Source: Calditrichales bacterium (GTDB lineage Bacteria; Calditrichota; Calditrichia; Calditrichales; J004). Taken from it: DNA of 64,000 bases. The notes beneath the pieces are model-generated. The model saw only the letters and a list, made by a program, of their open reading frames with translations, had not been told where the DNA came from and did not search any database. Shown here in pieces: positions 10,430 to 20,167 of the stretch (its first letter is position 1; each line of letters opens with the position of its first letter). A program made the position numbers and the translations under genes. The stretch covers positions 3,296,001 to 3,360,000 of the forward strand of contig OZ254086.1 of assembly GCA_965267575.1 (NCBI GenBank). Direction: 5' to 3'.

Positions 10430-11125
10430 TTAAAACAGCTGCAGCAGGTCAGAAAAGTTATTTATCTTTAAAAAATTTTCGTGCCTTTCTAAAACGCTTT
10501 CATTTTCCATGTGCCAGGTACTTTTATAGGGGATGTAAACCGCCTTCATGCCTAATTTAAGCGCAGGGTTAATATCTGATTTAGGACTGTTTCCCACCAT
10601 GCAGGTCATTTCATATTCCCACTTGTTGCGATCCAGCAAATCCTTATAGATTGCTTCGTTCTTTTCGGGCAGAATAAAATAATCTTTTACGATTGCCGCT
10701 ACGCCGGAACGCACGATCTTGTCTTCCTGCTCTTCTTGCTGGCCTTTGGTGACCACGTAGAGCGGGATGCGCTTTGTCAGAGATTGCAATGTTTTCATTA
10801 CGCCAGGGAAAAGGGGCGGCGGGTCATGGCGGTGCTGTTTGAAATCTTCGATGATCCCCCTGTAGCGCTGCAAATGCTTTTTGGTAAGCCCCTTTTTGTA
10901 GCGGGCAATTAGTTTTTCCAGGATTAGAATAAAAAATTCTGAGCCATAGCCGTTTTCCTGTACAACGCGATGTTCAAGCTCAAAAAAGGCCCGGCGGATT
11001 TCCTGCTCCCGTATGCCGCTTTCCTGCATGAGTTCAAAAAACTGCTCGGTTGCGCGTAAAAAATAGATGTTATTTTCCCAAAGGGTATCATCCGCATCCA
11101 GCAGTAAGCGTTTAATATTTTTCAT
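10430..11125 (-). CDS. HAD-family hydrolase
   Basis: DADDTLWEN motif I, TKG, MVGNSPKSDINPA. Start at 11125 or 11134. Confidence 0.9.
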   Translation of the reverse strand: MKNIKRLLLDADDTLWENNIYFLRATEQFFELMQESGIREQEIRRAFFELEHRVVQENGYGSEFFILILEKLIARYKKGLTKKHLQRYRGIIEDFKQHRHDPPPLFPGVMKTLQSLTKRIPLYVVTKGQQEEQEDKIVRSGVAAIVKDYFILPEKNEAIYKDLLDRNKWEYEMTCMVGNSPKSDINPALKLGMKAVYIPYKSTWHMENESVLERHENFLKINNFSDLLQLF

Positions 11126-11150
11126 ATGCCTCATTTTTTTAATGGGCCCC

Positions 11151-11189
11151 AATTTAGGGTTTGACAATTTTTATGTAAACACCTAAATT
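11151..11189. promoter_or_regulatory. Overlapping divergent sigma-70-type promoters
   Basis: Plus strand TTGACA(11161)-N17-TAAATT(11184). Minus strand TTTACA(11179)-N17-TAAATT(11156). Lies between divergent genes. Confidence 0.65.
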
Positions 11190-11227
11190 TCGTGCTCGAA
11201 CTCACAATACTATAGGGAGGTTTGGTG

Positions 11228-11407
11228 ATGAAGAAGTTACTTATGTTGTCACTGACGTTGATGTTGATGGCTTGTGGTGGCGGACAGCAAGAAGCTCAGC
11301 AAACGACAACGGATGAGGCTGCAGAAGCTGCATCTGCCGCAGTTGATACTGTTGAAGCAATGGCTGATACCGTTGCTGCCGAAGCCGATACTATGATGAA
11401 TCAGTAG
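11228..11407 (+). CDS. Small Ala/acidic-rich lipoprotein
   Basis: SD AGGGAGG; MKK + hydrophobic stretch + lipobox LMAC; own promoter and terminator. Confidence 0.8.
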   Translation: MKKLLMLSLTLMLMACGGGQQEAQQTTTDEAAEAASAAVDTVEAMADTVAAEADTMMNQ

Positions 11408-11426
11408 ATTTTAACATAGTAGGATG

Positions 11427-11460
11427 AAATGGGTTAGTCTGCAAAGGCTAACCCATTTTT
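11427..11460 (+). terminator. Rho-independent terminator
   Basis: AAATGGGTTAGTCT-GCAA-AGGCTAACCCATTT hairpin followed by a T tract. Confidence 0.85.
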
Positions 11461-11484
11461 ATTTTAAATTAAAAGGATTTGGAA

Positions 11485-13374
11485 ATGAGCACTAAACAAT
11501 CAGCTGTTGAGTTTCTAGCTCATGTCGCTCTTTTTTCGGACCTGACCGGGGAAGAGCTCAAGGTTATCGTTCCGCTGCTGGAAGAAAAGAACTATCCCGC
11601 TGAGAGCATACTGTTCCGTGAAAACATGCCGCGTGACAATGTATACCTGGTGCGACAAGGCGAGATTGAGCTTTTCAAAAAGACGCCTTTGGGCGAGGAG
11701 AAAAGGCTGGCCCTTTTCTCGGCCTATGATTTTATCGGCGAAGGGGCGCTGCTTGAAGATTACCCGCATTCGACGACTTCCCGCGCCATTCGTGATTCTG
11801 TCGTTTATCTTGTACCTGCCAGGCGCTTCAAAAAATTACTGACTGATTCGCCCGCTGTGGGCGCTAAAATACTGGCCCGGATTGCCAAGACCATTTCCCG
11901 CCGCATGCGCCAGACCAGTACACGCGTTGTTAATTTTGCGGCCCAATATGTCTCCGGCCGCATGCGTGATGAGCACGACTTGCTAGGTGACCGCCAGGTG
12001 GCCTATGAGTATTATTATGGCGTGCAGACTTTACGCGCCCTTGAGAACTTTAATATCAGCGGGGTAGAGCTAAGCCACTACCCGCGGCTGGTAGCCGCGC
12101 TGGCGATGGTTAAAAAGGCCGCGGCCATGGCCAACCACGAACTGGGCCTTCTGGACAGCACCATTCACCGCGCTGTTTTGCAGGCCTGCGATGAAATAAT
12201 TAATGGCCGTTTTCACACCTATTTCGTTGTGGACATGATCCAGGGCGGAGCAGGCACCTCAACCAATATGAACGCTAATGAGGTGATCGCCAACCGCGCG
12301 CTGGAAATAATGGGCCACGAAAAAGGCGAATACAAATATTGCCACCCCAACAATCATGTAAATTTATCGCAATCCACAAACGACGCCTACCCGACCGCCA
12401 TAAAGATCGCTCTTATCAACAGTAACAAAAGGCTTGTAAAAGTACTGAAAGAGCTGGTTTCCGCTTTTCATGAAAAGAGCCGCGAGTTCTCTCATGTGAT
12501 AAAGATGGGCCGCACACAGTTGCAGGATGCCGTGCCGATGACGCTGGGTCAAAGTTTTGAAGCCTATGCCGTCACACTGGAAGAAGAGCTGGAGCGCCTG
12601 AATCAGAACGTGCGACTTTTTTATGAACTCAATATGGGCGGCACCGCTATCGGGACGGGTATTAATACGGAACCCGGCTACGGACAGGCGGTCATCAAAC
12701 ATCTTAAGAAGGTAACCGGTCTGAACGTTGTGCTGGCGCCCAATCTCGTGGAAGCTACGCAGGACACTGGCGCTTTTGTAATGTACTCTTCGGCGTTGAA
12801 ACGGCTGGCCGTAAAGCTTTCTAAAATCTGTAATGATCTGCGCCTGCTTTCATCGGGGCCACGTGCGGGTATTAATGAAATCAACCTGCCGCCGATGCAG
12901 CCGGGTTCATCGATCATGCCGGGTAAGGTGAATCCTGTAATACCGGAAGTAGTTAATCAGATTGCTTTTAAGGTGATTGGCAATGATCTGACGGTAACGA
13001 TGGCTGCCGAAGCCGGACAACTGGAGTTGAATGTGATGGAGCCGGTGATCGCGCAGAGTCTGTTTGAAAGCATCGAGATGCTGAAAAACGGCATGGTAAC
13101 GTTGACACACCGCTGCGTAAAAGGCATCACGGCAAACGAAAAACGGGCCCGTGAAATGGTGCAAAACAGCATTGGCGTAGTTACTGCGCTAAACCCGGTG
13201 CTGGGATATGAGGTCTGTACGCAACTGGCCAAAGAAGCCCTGGAAAGTGACCGCGGCGTTTATGATCTGGTGCTGGAGAAAAAGCTGCTTTCCCGCGAGG
13301 AACTGGACAGCCTGCTGGCCCCGGAGAACATGCTGGCGCCGCGCCAAACACGCAAGGAATCCAGCGAAAAATAA
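11485..13374 (+). CDS. aspA: Aspartate ammonia-lyase with N-terminal cyclic-nucleotide-binding domain
   Basis: First ~150 aa are cNMP-like (LFSDL..EEL, LFRENM, GEIELFK, FIGEGALL). Remainder is AspA (YYGVQTLRA, QGGAGTSTNMN, KMGRTQLQDA, GSSIMPGKVNP). Confidence 0.92.
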   Translation: MSTKQSAVEFLAHVALFSDLTGEELKVIVPLLEEKNYPAESILFRENMPRDNVYLVRQGEIELFKKTPLGEEKRLALFSAYDFIGEGALLEDYPHSTTSRAIRDSVVYLVPARRFKKLLTDSPAVGAKILARIAKTISRRMRQTSTRVVNFAAQYVSGRMRDEHDLLGDRQVAYEYYYGVQTLRALENFNISGVELSHYPRLVAALAMVKKAAAMANHELGLLDSTIHRAVLQACDEIINGRFHTYFVVDMIQGGAGTSTNMNANEVIANRALEIMGHEKGEYKYCHPNNHVNLSQSTNDAYPTAIKIALINSNKRLVKVLKELVSAFHEKSREFSHVIKMGRTQLQDAVPMTLGQSFEAYAVTLEEELERLNQNVRLFYELNMGGTAIGTGINTEPGYGQAVIKHLKKVTGLNVVLAPNLVEATQDTGAFVMYSSALKRLAVKLSKICNDLRLLSSGPRAGINEINLPPMQPGSSIMPGKVNPVIPEVVNQIAFKVIGNDLTVTMAAEAGQLELNVMEPVIAQSLFESIEMLKNGMVTLTHRCVKGITANEKRAREMVQNSIGVVTALNPVLGYEVCTQLAKEALESDRGVYDLVLEKKLLSREELDSLLAPENMLAPRQTRKESSEK

Positions 13375-13451
13375 CCGTTTGAGCATTTTTGTAACCGCTT
13401 TCTTTTAAACCGGTCATATTTTTATAAAATCGCTTTGGCGAATGACTTAAT

Positions 13452-13498
13452 GCCCAATCTTTTTGTTATACTTGGCAAAAACAAAAGATTGGGCTTTT
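13452..13498 (+). promoter_or_regulatory. Strong hairpin plus T tract abutting the next start codon (terminator, attenuator or operator)
   Basis: Perfect 12-bp arms GCCCAATCTTTT/AAAAGATTGGGC, 19-nt spacer, then TTTT-ATG. Confidence 0.6.
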
Positions 13499-14449
13499 AT
13501 GTTTATGCGCAGTTTGATGATCATCGTTTTTGTGTTTTTGTTTTCGGGTATGGCATTCGCGCAAACCTGTTGTTCCGCCGGCAGCCCTATTCTCTCCGCG
13601 CTAAACTTTTCCGGAAGTACACAGGGCCAGTGGCAATTCAGCCTGACCTTTGAGCATAATGCCATTCGCGACGTACTCAATGAAGACGAAGAAATCGAAC
13701 CGTTTCGCCAGCGTACCACACGTTCTTTTTTGCTGGATATTTCCTATGGTTTCTGGCAGCGTTGGTCGGCCACGCTTTTACTGACCTGGCTGGAACAGGA
13801 GCGCCGCCTGAATGATGCAAACAGTTTTGGTTCGTTGGAGCGCATTACCACGCGTGGACCCGGGGACGCCGTTTTCCTGTTGAAATATGATCTGATCCGG
13901 GCGACAATTGCACAACAGCAGCAATTATCCGTTGGTGCCGGTGTTAAGGCGCCGCTAGGTAAAAGCGATCTGCGCAGCGACGGCATTTTATTGCCCGCCG
14001 ACATACAGCCCGGCAGCGGTTCCTGGGATGGCTTGCTGTGGGCTTTTTACTCCCGTTCCTTTCGTCCGCAGCCCTTTTCACTTTTCAGCAATCTGAGCTA
14101 TCGGTTTAATGGTGAAAACGATCGCTTCCAGGTGGGCGGCGGCGCGTTCAGCGGTTACCGTTTCGGAAATATTTTGTCCTGGTCGGCGGGAGGCTCTTAC
14201 AGGGCGGCTGATGTAATTGATGTTTCCATGCAGCTACGCTGGCGTTTTAGCGAAGAAGATGTATTTGCCGGAAACAGCGTGCCCAACACGGGTGGTCATT
14301 GGTTTTATCTGGTGCCTGGTCTTAATATCGATTTGGATCCGTACGGCCTGCGTATCAGTGGCAGGATACCTGTACATCGCGAATTAAACGGCATCCAGCT
14401 TACCACGAGCTACGTGGTCAGCGCTTCGGTTTTCTATATCATTTTTTGA
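13499..14449 (+). CDS. Putative outer-membrane beta-barrel protein with N-terminal Cys-Cys
   Basis: Signal peptide ending AFA-Q; QTCCSAG; GPGD, VKAPLG, QPGSGSWD, NTGG; alternating beta pattern; C-terminal Phe. Confidence 0.7.
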   Translation: MFMRSLMIIVFVFLFSGMAFAQTCCSAGSPILSALNFSGSTQGQWQFSLTFEHNAIRDVLNEDEEIEPFRQRTTRSFLLDISYGFWQRWSATLLLTWLEQERRLNDANSFGSLERITTRGPGDAVFLLKYDLIRATIAQQQQLSVGAGVKAPLGKSDLRSDGILLPADIQPGSGSWDGLLWAFYSRSFRPQPFSLFSNLSYRFNGENDRFQVGGGAFSGYRFGNILSWSAGGSYRAADVIDVSMQLRWRFSEEDVFAGNSVPNTGGHWFYLVPGLNIDLDPYGLRISGRIPVHRELNGIQLTTSYVVSASVFYIIF

Positions 14450-14461
14450 AAGGGGATTATA

Positions 14462-15541
14462 ATGAGGCAAAGGATTTTTTTGTCGGCAATTGCGGTTATG
14501 CTGCTGGCAACATCCGCCTGCAGTGATTTGCTGGACGACGACTCTGCTCAGGTAAGCGGCGAGTGGCTGATTGACCGCTCGCAGATCTTTGACGGCGGAC
14601 CGGGCAAAGACGGCATTCCTGCATTGACCAATCCACCGCTGGTTGAGTTTGCCGCTGCCGGTTATCTTTCTGATAACGATCTGGTTGTACTTTACAAAAA
14701 CGGCGACGATGTACGTATCTATCCCCACGCCATTCTTAACTGGCACGAAATCGTAAACGATGATGTTGCCGGCGACGAGGTAACGATTTCCTATTGCCCA
14801 CTGACGGGATCGGCCATTGGCCATAGCCGCGCGCTTGGAGCAGGCGGCAATCTGCAGGTAACAACGTTCGGCGTTTCCGGCCTGCTGTATAACAACAACC
14901 TGATCCTTTATGACCGGCTTACCGACAGTAACTGGTCGCAAATGCAGAACCGTTGTGTAAATGGCGTTTTTGCCGGACAGGAACTGGAAAATGTAGTGAT
15001 TCTGGAAACGCGCCTGGCAACCGCGCGCAAACTGTATCCCAACGCCAGGGTTTTATCGAATCAAACCGGCGTTTATGGAAGCAACCAATATGATATTTAT
15101 CCCTACGGCTCGTATCGCAGTGATGCCCGTTTGCTTTTTCCGGTGACTCATGATGATCGCACTTACCCGCGTAAGGAGCGCGTGCTTGGTGTGGTGGTAA
15201 ACGGTCAGGCCCGGGCATATCGCTCTCCGGCCTTTGCGGATGCGCGTATTGTGCATCAACAGCTTGGCGGTATAAATATCATCGTGGCCGGGGAACAATC
15301 GCAAAATTATATGATTGCCTTTCAGGCGGGTTTAAGCAGCGGGGAATCTCGTCAGTTTGAACTGCTGGACAAAAAACAATGGCCCGATTTTATGAGGGAT
15401 GGTGAGGGCAATATCTACAATATTTTCGGTGAAGTCATCAGCGGGCCGGATGAAGGTCAGAGATTGCAGCCTGTTCTGAATTATATTGCCTATTGGTTTG
15501 CATGGGCGGCTTTCTATCCCGATACGGAGGTGTTTGAATGA
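14462..15541 (+). CDS. DUF3179-family lipoprotein
   Basis: Lipobox ATSAC; GGPGKDGIPAL, ILNWHEIVND, YCPLTGS, FGVSGLLYNNNL..YDR..SNWSQM, YWFAWAAFYP. Confidence 0.85.
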   Translation: MRQRIFLSAIAVMLLATSACSDLLDDDSAQVSGEWLIDRSQIFDGGPGKDGIPALTNPPLVEFAAAGYLSDNDLVVLYKNGDDVRIYPHAILNWHEIVNDDVAGDEVTISYCPLTGSAIGHSRALGAGGNLQVTTFGVSGLLYNNNLILYDRLTDSNWSQMQNRCVNGVFAGQELENVVILETRLATARKLYPNARVLSNQTGVYGSNQYDIYPYGSYRSDARLLFPVTHDDRTYPRKERVLGVVVNGQARAYRSPAFADARIVHQQLGGINIIVAGEQSQNYMIAFQAGLSSGESRQFELLDKKQWPDFMRDGEGNIYNIFGEVISGPDEGQRLQPVLNYIAYWFAWAAFYPDTEVFE

Positions 15542-16638
15542 AATATATTGTTTGGTTTGGATTATTATTTTTGCCGGCCTGCGCATCCGTTGAAGATGAA
15601 ACGGGACGCTCACCCGTTACGCCTTTTGATAACAGCGATCTGCCGCAATGGCTTATACCGAAAAATGAAGTTGTGGGTGCCACGGAAAAAGACGCCATTC
15701 CTTCCATCGATGAGCCGAAGTTTGTCAGCGTGAGTGAAGCCGCCTGGCTCAACGATAATGATTGGGTGCTGTTGCTTAGACATGGCGACGAGCTGCGCGT
15801 TTACCCTTACCGCATTCTCGATTGGCATGAAGTGGTAAACGATGAAGTGGGGGGCGACCCGGTGTGCGTAACCTTTTGTCCGCTGACAGGAAGCGGGGTA
15901 GCATTTTCGGCATCTTTTACAATAAACGATATTACAGTCACTACGGAATTCGGCGTTTCCGGATTGCTTTATAACTCCAACCTCATTTATTACGACCGGC
16001 AGACGGGCAGCTACTGGTCGCAAATGCTCAACAAGAGTGTGAACGGTCCCTTGCGCGGTTTTGAACCGCCGCTGTTGATGCTTTTGGAAACAGTCTTTTC
16101 AACGGTGCGTGAACTCTATCCCGATGCCCGTGTTTTGTCGCGTGAGACCGGTATTTATCGCAGCAGCCAGTACAGCAATTCCACCTATGAAGATTACCGC
16201 ATTGATGACGTACTTTACTATCCGCTCAGCGTTGATGATAACCGCTTGTCACGCAAAGAACGGGTATTAAGCTTTTTCGCCCCCGACATTAAAAAGGCTT
16301 ACCGCTTTCGCGATTTTAGCGACAGCGTGGATGTGGTTAATGATCGTTTGGGAGATATGCCTGTCGTTGTAGCCGGGGAACGGAGCCGAAGGCTGATCGT
16401 AGGTTTTGAAAGGCGCCATCCTGTAAACGGACTGGAGTTAAACATGACAGCGGTTCGCAACAGCCTGCCCGTTATTATGCAAGACCAGTTCGGCAATCGT
16501 TATGACTTGTTTGGCACGATTGTTAACGGGGTGTGGGCGGGACAACGCTTGAATCACGCGGGCGCGGTGACCGCCTACTGGTTCAGCTGGGCCAGCATGT
16601 TTCCGGGCCTGGAAATTTATGCGGCGGAGAATAATTGA
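15538..16638 (+). CDS. DUF3179-family lipoprotein (tandem paralogue)
   Basis: Lipobox LPAC; KDAIPSID, ILDWHEVVND, FCPLTGS, FGVSGLLYNSNL, YWFSWASMFP. Confidence 0.85.
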   Translation: MKYIVWFGLLFLPACASVEDETGRSPVTPFDNSDLPQWLIPKNEVVGATEKDAIPSIDEPKFVSVSEAAWLNDNDWVLLLRHGDELRVYPYRILDWHEVVNDEVGGDPVCVTFCPLTGSGVAFSASFTINDITVTTEFGVSGLLYNSNLIYYDRQTGSYWSQMLNKSVNGPLRGFEPPLLMLLETVFSTVRELYPDARVLSRETGIYRSSQYSNSTYEDYRIDDVLYYPLSVDDNRLSRKERVLSFFAPDIKKAYRFRDFSDSVDVVNDRLGDMPVVVAGERSRRLIVGFERRHPVNGLELNMTAVRNSLPVIMQDQFGNRYDLFGTIVNGVWAGQRLNHAGAVTAYWFSWASMFPGLEIYAAENN

Positions 16639-16753
16639 ATTGATAAAATTATTGAATTACCGGATTGCTGAAATAGACTAATGGCGAGTATGGACGAAGA
16701 CCCCGGGGATGACAGATCAGAGGCTACAAACCGGTTCATGATCATAGATTTCA

Positions 16754-16825
16754 GACACTAAAACTCCCTGACTTCAAGACCTCCAGACCTGAGGACTTCT
16801 GCACCTCAAGACCATAAGCCTTTCG
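16754..16825. repeat. Degenerate 8-bp tandem repeat (9 units, consensus about GACYTCAA)
   Basis: gacactaa|aactccct|gacttcaa|gacctcca|gacctgag|gacttctg|cacctcaa|gaccataa|gcctttcg. Confidence 0.65.
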
Positions 16826-16895
16826 CCCACAGAATTGTTTCCAATTTGCGCTTCAATTGCTTAACTTTTGCGGCTTAAATACAAAGCGCGAAAGC

Positions 16896-18887
16896 ATGAA
16901 TAAATTTAAACTTGAATCAGCATATAAACCTCAGGGTGATCAGCCGCAGGCTATCAACGAATTGGTGCAGGGCGTGGAACGCGGCGATGTATACCAGACA
17001 TTGCTGGGTGTTACCGGCAGCGGCAAAACCTTCACCATGGCCAATGTGATTGAGCAGATCAACAAACCAACGCTTATCATCTCGCACAACAAGACGCTCG
17101 CGGCGCAGCTTTATGGGGAATTCAAAGGATTTTTCCCGGAAAATGCGGTGGAGTTTTTTATCAGCTATTACGATTATTACCAGCCTGAAGCATACATACC
17201 TACGACAGATACCTATATAGAAAAAGATTCTTCGATCAACGATGAGATTGACCGCCTGCGGCTTAAGGCCACAAGCTCGCTGCTCTCGCGCAAGGATGTG
17301 ATTGTCGTGGCCAGCGTGAGCTGCATTTACGGTATCGGCTCTCCCTCGGATTATGCCGAGATGCTGGTGCTTTTTGAGCGCGGCCAGATGATCAACCGCC
17401 AGGATTTTTTAATGCAACTGGTGGATATTCAATATAACCGCAATGATTTTGATTTCCAGCGCGGCACTTTTCGCGTTCGCGGCGATGTGATCGACATTTT
17501 TCCGGCATATGAAGAATACGCCTACCGGCTGGAATTTTTTGGCAACGAGATCGAGAGCATCTCCACGCTTGATCCACTGACGGGAAGACCGCTGAATGAG
17601 GTGGATAAGGCGGCTATTTTTCCGGCTAAGCATTTCGTCACACCCGCTGAAAAAATGGCCCGTGCCCGCGAAACAATCCGCGCCGAGCTGAAAGAGCGTC
17701 TGGAGTTTTTCCGCAAAAACGGCCGTCTGCTGGAAGCGCAGCGCCTGGAAATGCGCACAAATTTTGACTTGGAAATGATGGAAGAGGTGGGCTATTGCAA
17801 CGGCATTGAAAACTATTCGCGGCACATGTCGGGCCGCGCTCCGGGACAGCCGCCTTACACGTTGCTGGACTTTTTCCCGAAAGATTTCCTGATGTTTGTG
17901 GATGAATCGCACCAGACTTTTCCCCAGGTGCGGGGCATGTACAACGGCGACCGCGCGCGTAAGGAAACTTTGGTGGAGCACGGCTTCCGTCTGCCCAGCG
18001 CGCTGGACAACCGGCCGCTAAAATTTGACGAGTTTGAGCAGCACATCAACCAGGTGGTCTGTGTTTCGGCGACGCCCGCGGATTATGAACTGGAGAAAAG
18101 CGGCGGCGCATTTGTCGAACAGGTTATCCGTCCTACGGGGCTGATTGATCCCGTGATAGAGATCCGTCCAGTGGCGACTCAGATAGACGATCTGATTGGC
18201 GAGGTAAAAGCGCGCGTGGAGAAAGGTGAGCGATCGCTTATTACCACGTTGACAAAACGCATGGCCGAAGACCTGGCCGATTACCTCAATGCCGCCGGTA
18301 TTAAGGTGCGCTACATCCATTCCGAGATTGACGCGCTGGAACGGGTGAGCATTCTGCGTGATCTGCGCCTGGCCGAGTTTGACGCGCTGGTTGGCATTAA
18401 CCTGCTGCGCGAAGGTCTTGATCTGCCGGAGGTATCGCTGGTGGCCATTCTCGATGCCGACAAGGAGGGCTTCCTGCGCAGCTATGTTTCGCTGATGCAG
18501 ACGGCGGGCAGGGCGGCGCGCAATGTGGGCGGCCTGGTTATTTTCTATGCCGATAACGTAACCGATTCCATGCAGGCCACCATTGACGAGAGTAACCGGC
18601 GGCGCGAAAAACAACTGGAATACAATCAGCAAAACAAAATTACGCCGGCTACGATATATAAGTCTGCCGAAGACATTCTGCGCAGCACATCCGTGGCCGA
18701 TGTTTATAAGGGCTACCAGGCCAAAAAGGTCGGCAAGGTGGTCATCGAGCCCGGCGACGATCCCAAAAAGATTGTTGAAAAACTGGAAAAAGATATGCGT
18801 ACCGCTGCCGCCAACCTGGAATTTGAAAAGGCGGCGCTTTTGCGCGATGAAATCCAACGATTAAAAGAAGAACAGGAATTGAAATGA
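16896..18887 (+). CDS. uvrB: Excinuclease ABC subunit B
   Basis: [43 protein letters not shown]-terminal UVR motif. Confidence 0.99.
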   Translation: MNKFKLESAYKPQGDQPQAINELVQGVERGDVYQTLLGVTGSGKTFTMANVIEQINKPTLIISHNKTLAAQLYGEFKGFFPENAVEFFISYYDYYQPEAYIPTTDTYIEKDSSINDEIDRLRLKATSSLLSRKDVIVVASVSCIYGIGSPSDYAEMLVLFERGQMINRQDFLMQLVDIQYNRNDFDFQRGTFRVRGDVIDIFPAYEEYAYRLEFFGNEIESISTLDPLTGRPLNEVDKAAIFPAKHFVTPAEKMARARETIRAELKERLEFFRKNGRLLEAQRLEMRTNFDLEMMEEVGYCNGIENYSRHMSGRAPGQPPYTLLDFFPKDFLMFVDESHQTFPQVRGMYNGDRARKETLVEHGFRLPSALDNRPLKFDEFEQHINQVVCVSATPADYELEKSGGAFVEQVIRPTGLIDPVIEIRPVATQIDDLIGEVKARVEKGERSLITTLTKRMAEDLADYLNAAGIKVRYIHSEIDALERVSILRDLRLAEFDALVGINLLREGLDLPEVSLVAILDADKEGFLRSYVSLMQTAGRAARNVGGLVIFYADNVTDSMQATIDESNRRREKQLEYNQQNKITPATIYKSAEDILRSTSVADVYKGYQAKKVGKVVIEPGDDPKKIVEKLEKDMRTAAANLEFEKAALLRDEIQRLKEEQELK

Positions 18888-20167
18888 ACGTACTTGTGAT
18901 CGGCTCGGGCGGCCGCGAACACGCGTTGGTCTGGAAACTGCGCCAGAGCCCCATGGCCAGGGAGATCTACTGCGCCCCGGGCAATCCGGGAACGGAGCAG
19001 ATTGCCCAAAATGTTGATATTGGCGTGGATGAACACGACAGGCTGATAGATTTTGCATTGCAGGAAAAAATCGACCTTACTGTTATCGGGCCGGAAGTAC
19101 CGCTGGTGGATGGTCTGAGCGACAAAATGCGCGACAAGGGCCTGGCGGTGTTCGGGCCGTCGCAGGCGGCGGCCCAGCTTGAGGGCAGCAAATCCTTTTC
19201 CAAGGAGCTGATGCGCACCAACAGCATCCCCACCGCATCTTACAGCACGTTTGACAAGATTGAATCGGCCAAAAGCTGGGTGCTGGCCAATCCCAAGTAC
19301 CCGGTGGTGCTAAAAGCCGACGGACTTGCGGCCGGAAAAGGCGTGCTTATCTGCAAGAACAAGGACGAGGCGCTCGAGGGCGTACAGCGCATAATGGGTG
19401 ACAAAGATTTTGGCGCTGCCGGCGACACGCTGGTTATCGAGGAATTTCTGAAAGGCGACGAAGTCTCCGTTTTTGTTATCACCGATGGCGAAAACTACCA
19501 CATACTGCCCCCTTCGCAGGACCACAAGCGCATCGGGGAAGGGGACAGCGGAGAAAATACCGGCGGCATGGGAGCCTACGCGCCGGCGCCGCTGGCCACG
19601 GACAAGCTGATGGCCGAAGTGGAAAAAGATATTATAAAGCCCACGCTCAGGGCGCTGCGAAAAATGGGACGCGGCTACCGCGGTTTACTCTATGTCGGGT
19701 TGATTGTTGCAGATGGCAAAGCACACGTGCTGGAGTACAATTGCCGTTTTGGTGATCCGGAAACGCAGGCTGTGCTGCCGCTGGTAAAAAGCGATTTGCT
19801 GCCTGTTTTCTATGCCGCCGCAACCGACAAACTTGGTCATGATGCGTTGGAAATGGAACAGTTCTGCAGTATCGATGTTGTGCTTGCTTCGGGCGGTTAT
19901 CCCGGCCGTTACCAGAAAAATAAGGTTATCGAGGGGCTGGAGGATGTGGACCAGGCGCTTGTTTTCCACGCCGGTACGCGCACAGCCGATAACCATTTGC
20001 TGACAGCCGGAGGACGCGTGCTTAACCTGGTGTCACTGGGCAGCGATTTTACCGAGTGCGCCAAAAAGGTCTATGGCGAGATATATAAAATCAACTTTGA
20101 GGGCATGTACTATCGCCGCGATATTGCCTGGAAAGTGTTAAAGCCCAAAAAGAAAACGGAATCCTGA
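18884..20167 (+). CDS. purD: Phosphoribosylamine--glycine ligase
   Basis: [41 protein letters not shown]. Confidence 0.98.
   Translation: MNVLVIGSGGREHALVWKLRQSPMAREIYCAPGNPGTEQIAQNVDIGVDEHDRLIDFALQEKIDLTVIGPEVPLVDGLSDKMRDKGLAVFGPSQAAAQLEGSKSFSKELMRTNSIPTASYSTFDKIESAKSWVLANPKYPVVLKADGLAAGKGVLICKNKDEALEGVQRIMGDKDFGAAGDTLVIEEFLKGDEVSVFVITDGENYHILPPSQDHKRIGEGDSGENTGGMGAYAPAPLATDKLMAEVEKDIIKPTLRALRKMGRGYRGLLYVGLIVADGKAHVLEYNCRFGDPETQAVLPLVKSDLLPVFYAAATDKLGHDALEMEQFCSIDVVLASGGYPGRYQKNKVIEGLEDVDQALVFHAGTRTADNHLLTAGGRVLNLVSLGSDFTECAKKVYGEIYKINFEGMYYRRDIAWKVLKPKKKTES

Noticed and set aside
14462..16638. Selenocysteine recoding in the DUF3179 genes
   Set aside because: Both CPLTGS motifs use Cys codons (TGC/TGT), and neither ORF has an internal in-frame TGA.
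16681..16761. 26-aa ORF (MASMDEDPGDDR...) in the DUF3179-uvrB gap
   Set aside because: No SD and no recognisable motif; likely chance.
16754..16825. CRISPR array
   Set aside because: Units are 8 bp, contiguous and lack spacers; no cas genes in the window.
18018..18857. Long antisense ORFs (for example 18018-18857, 22616-23359, 26882-27748, 47835-48554)
   Set aside because: They are shadows of well-conserved plus-strand genes, explained by codon bias, and carry no motifs.
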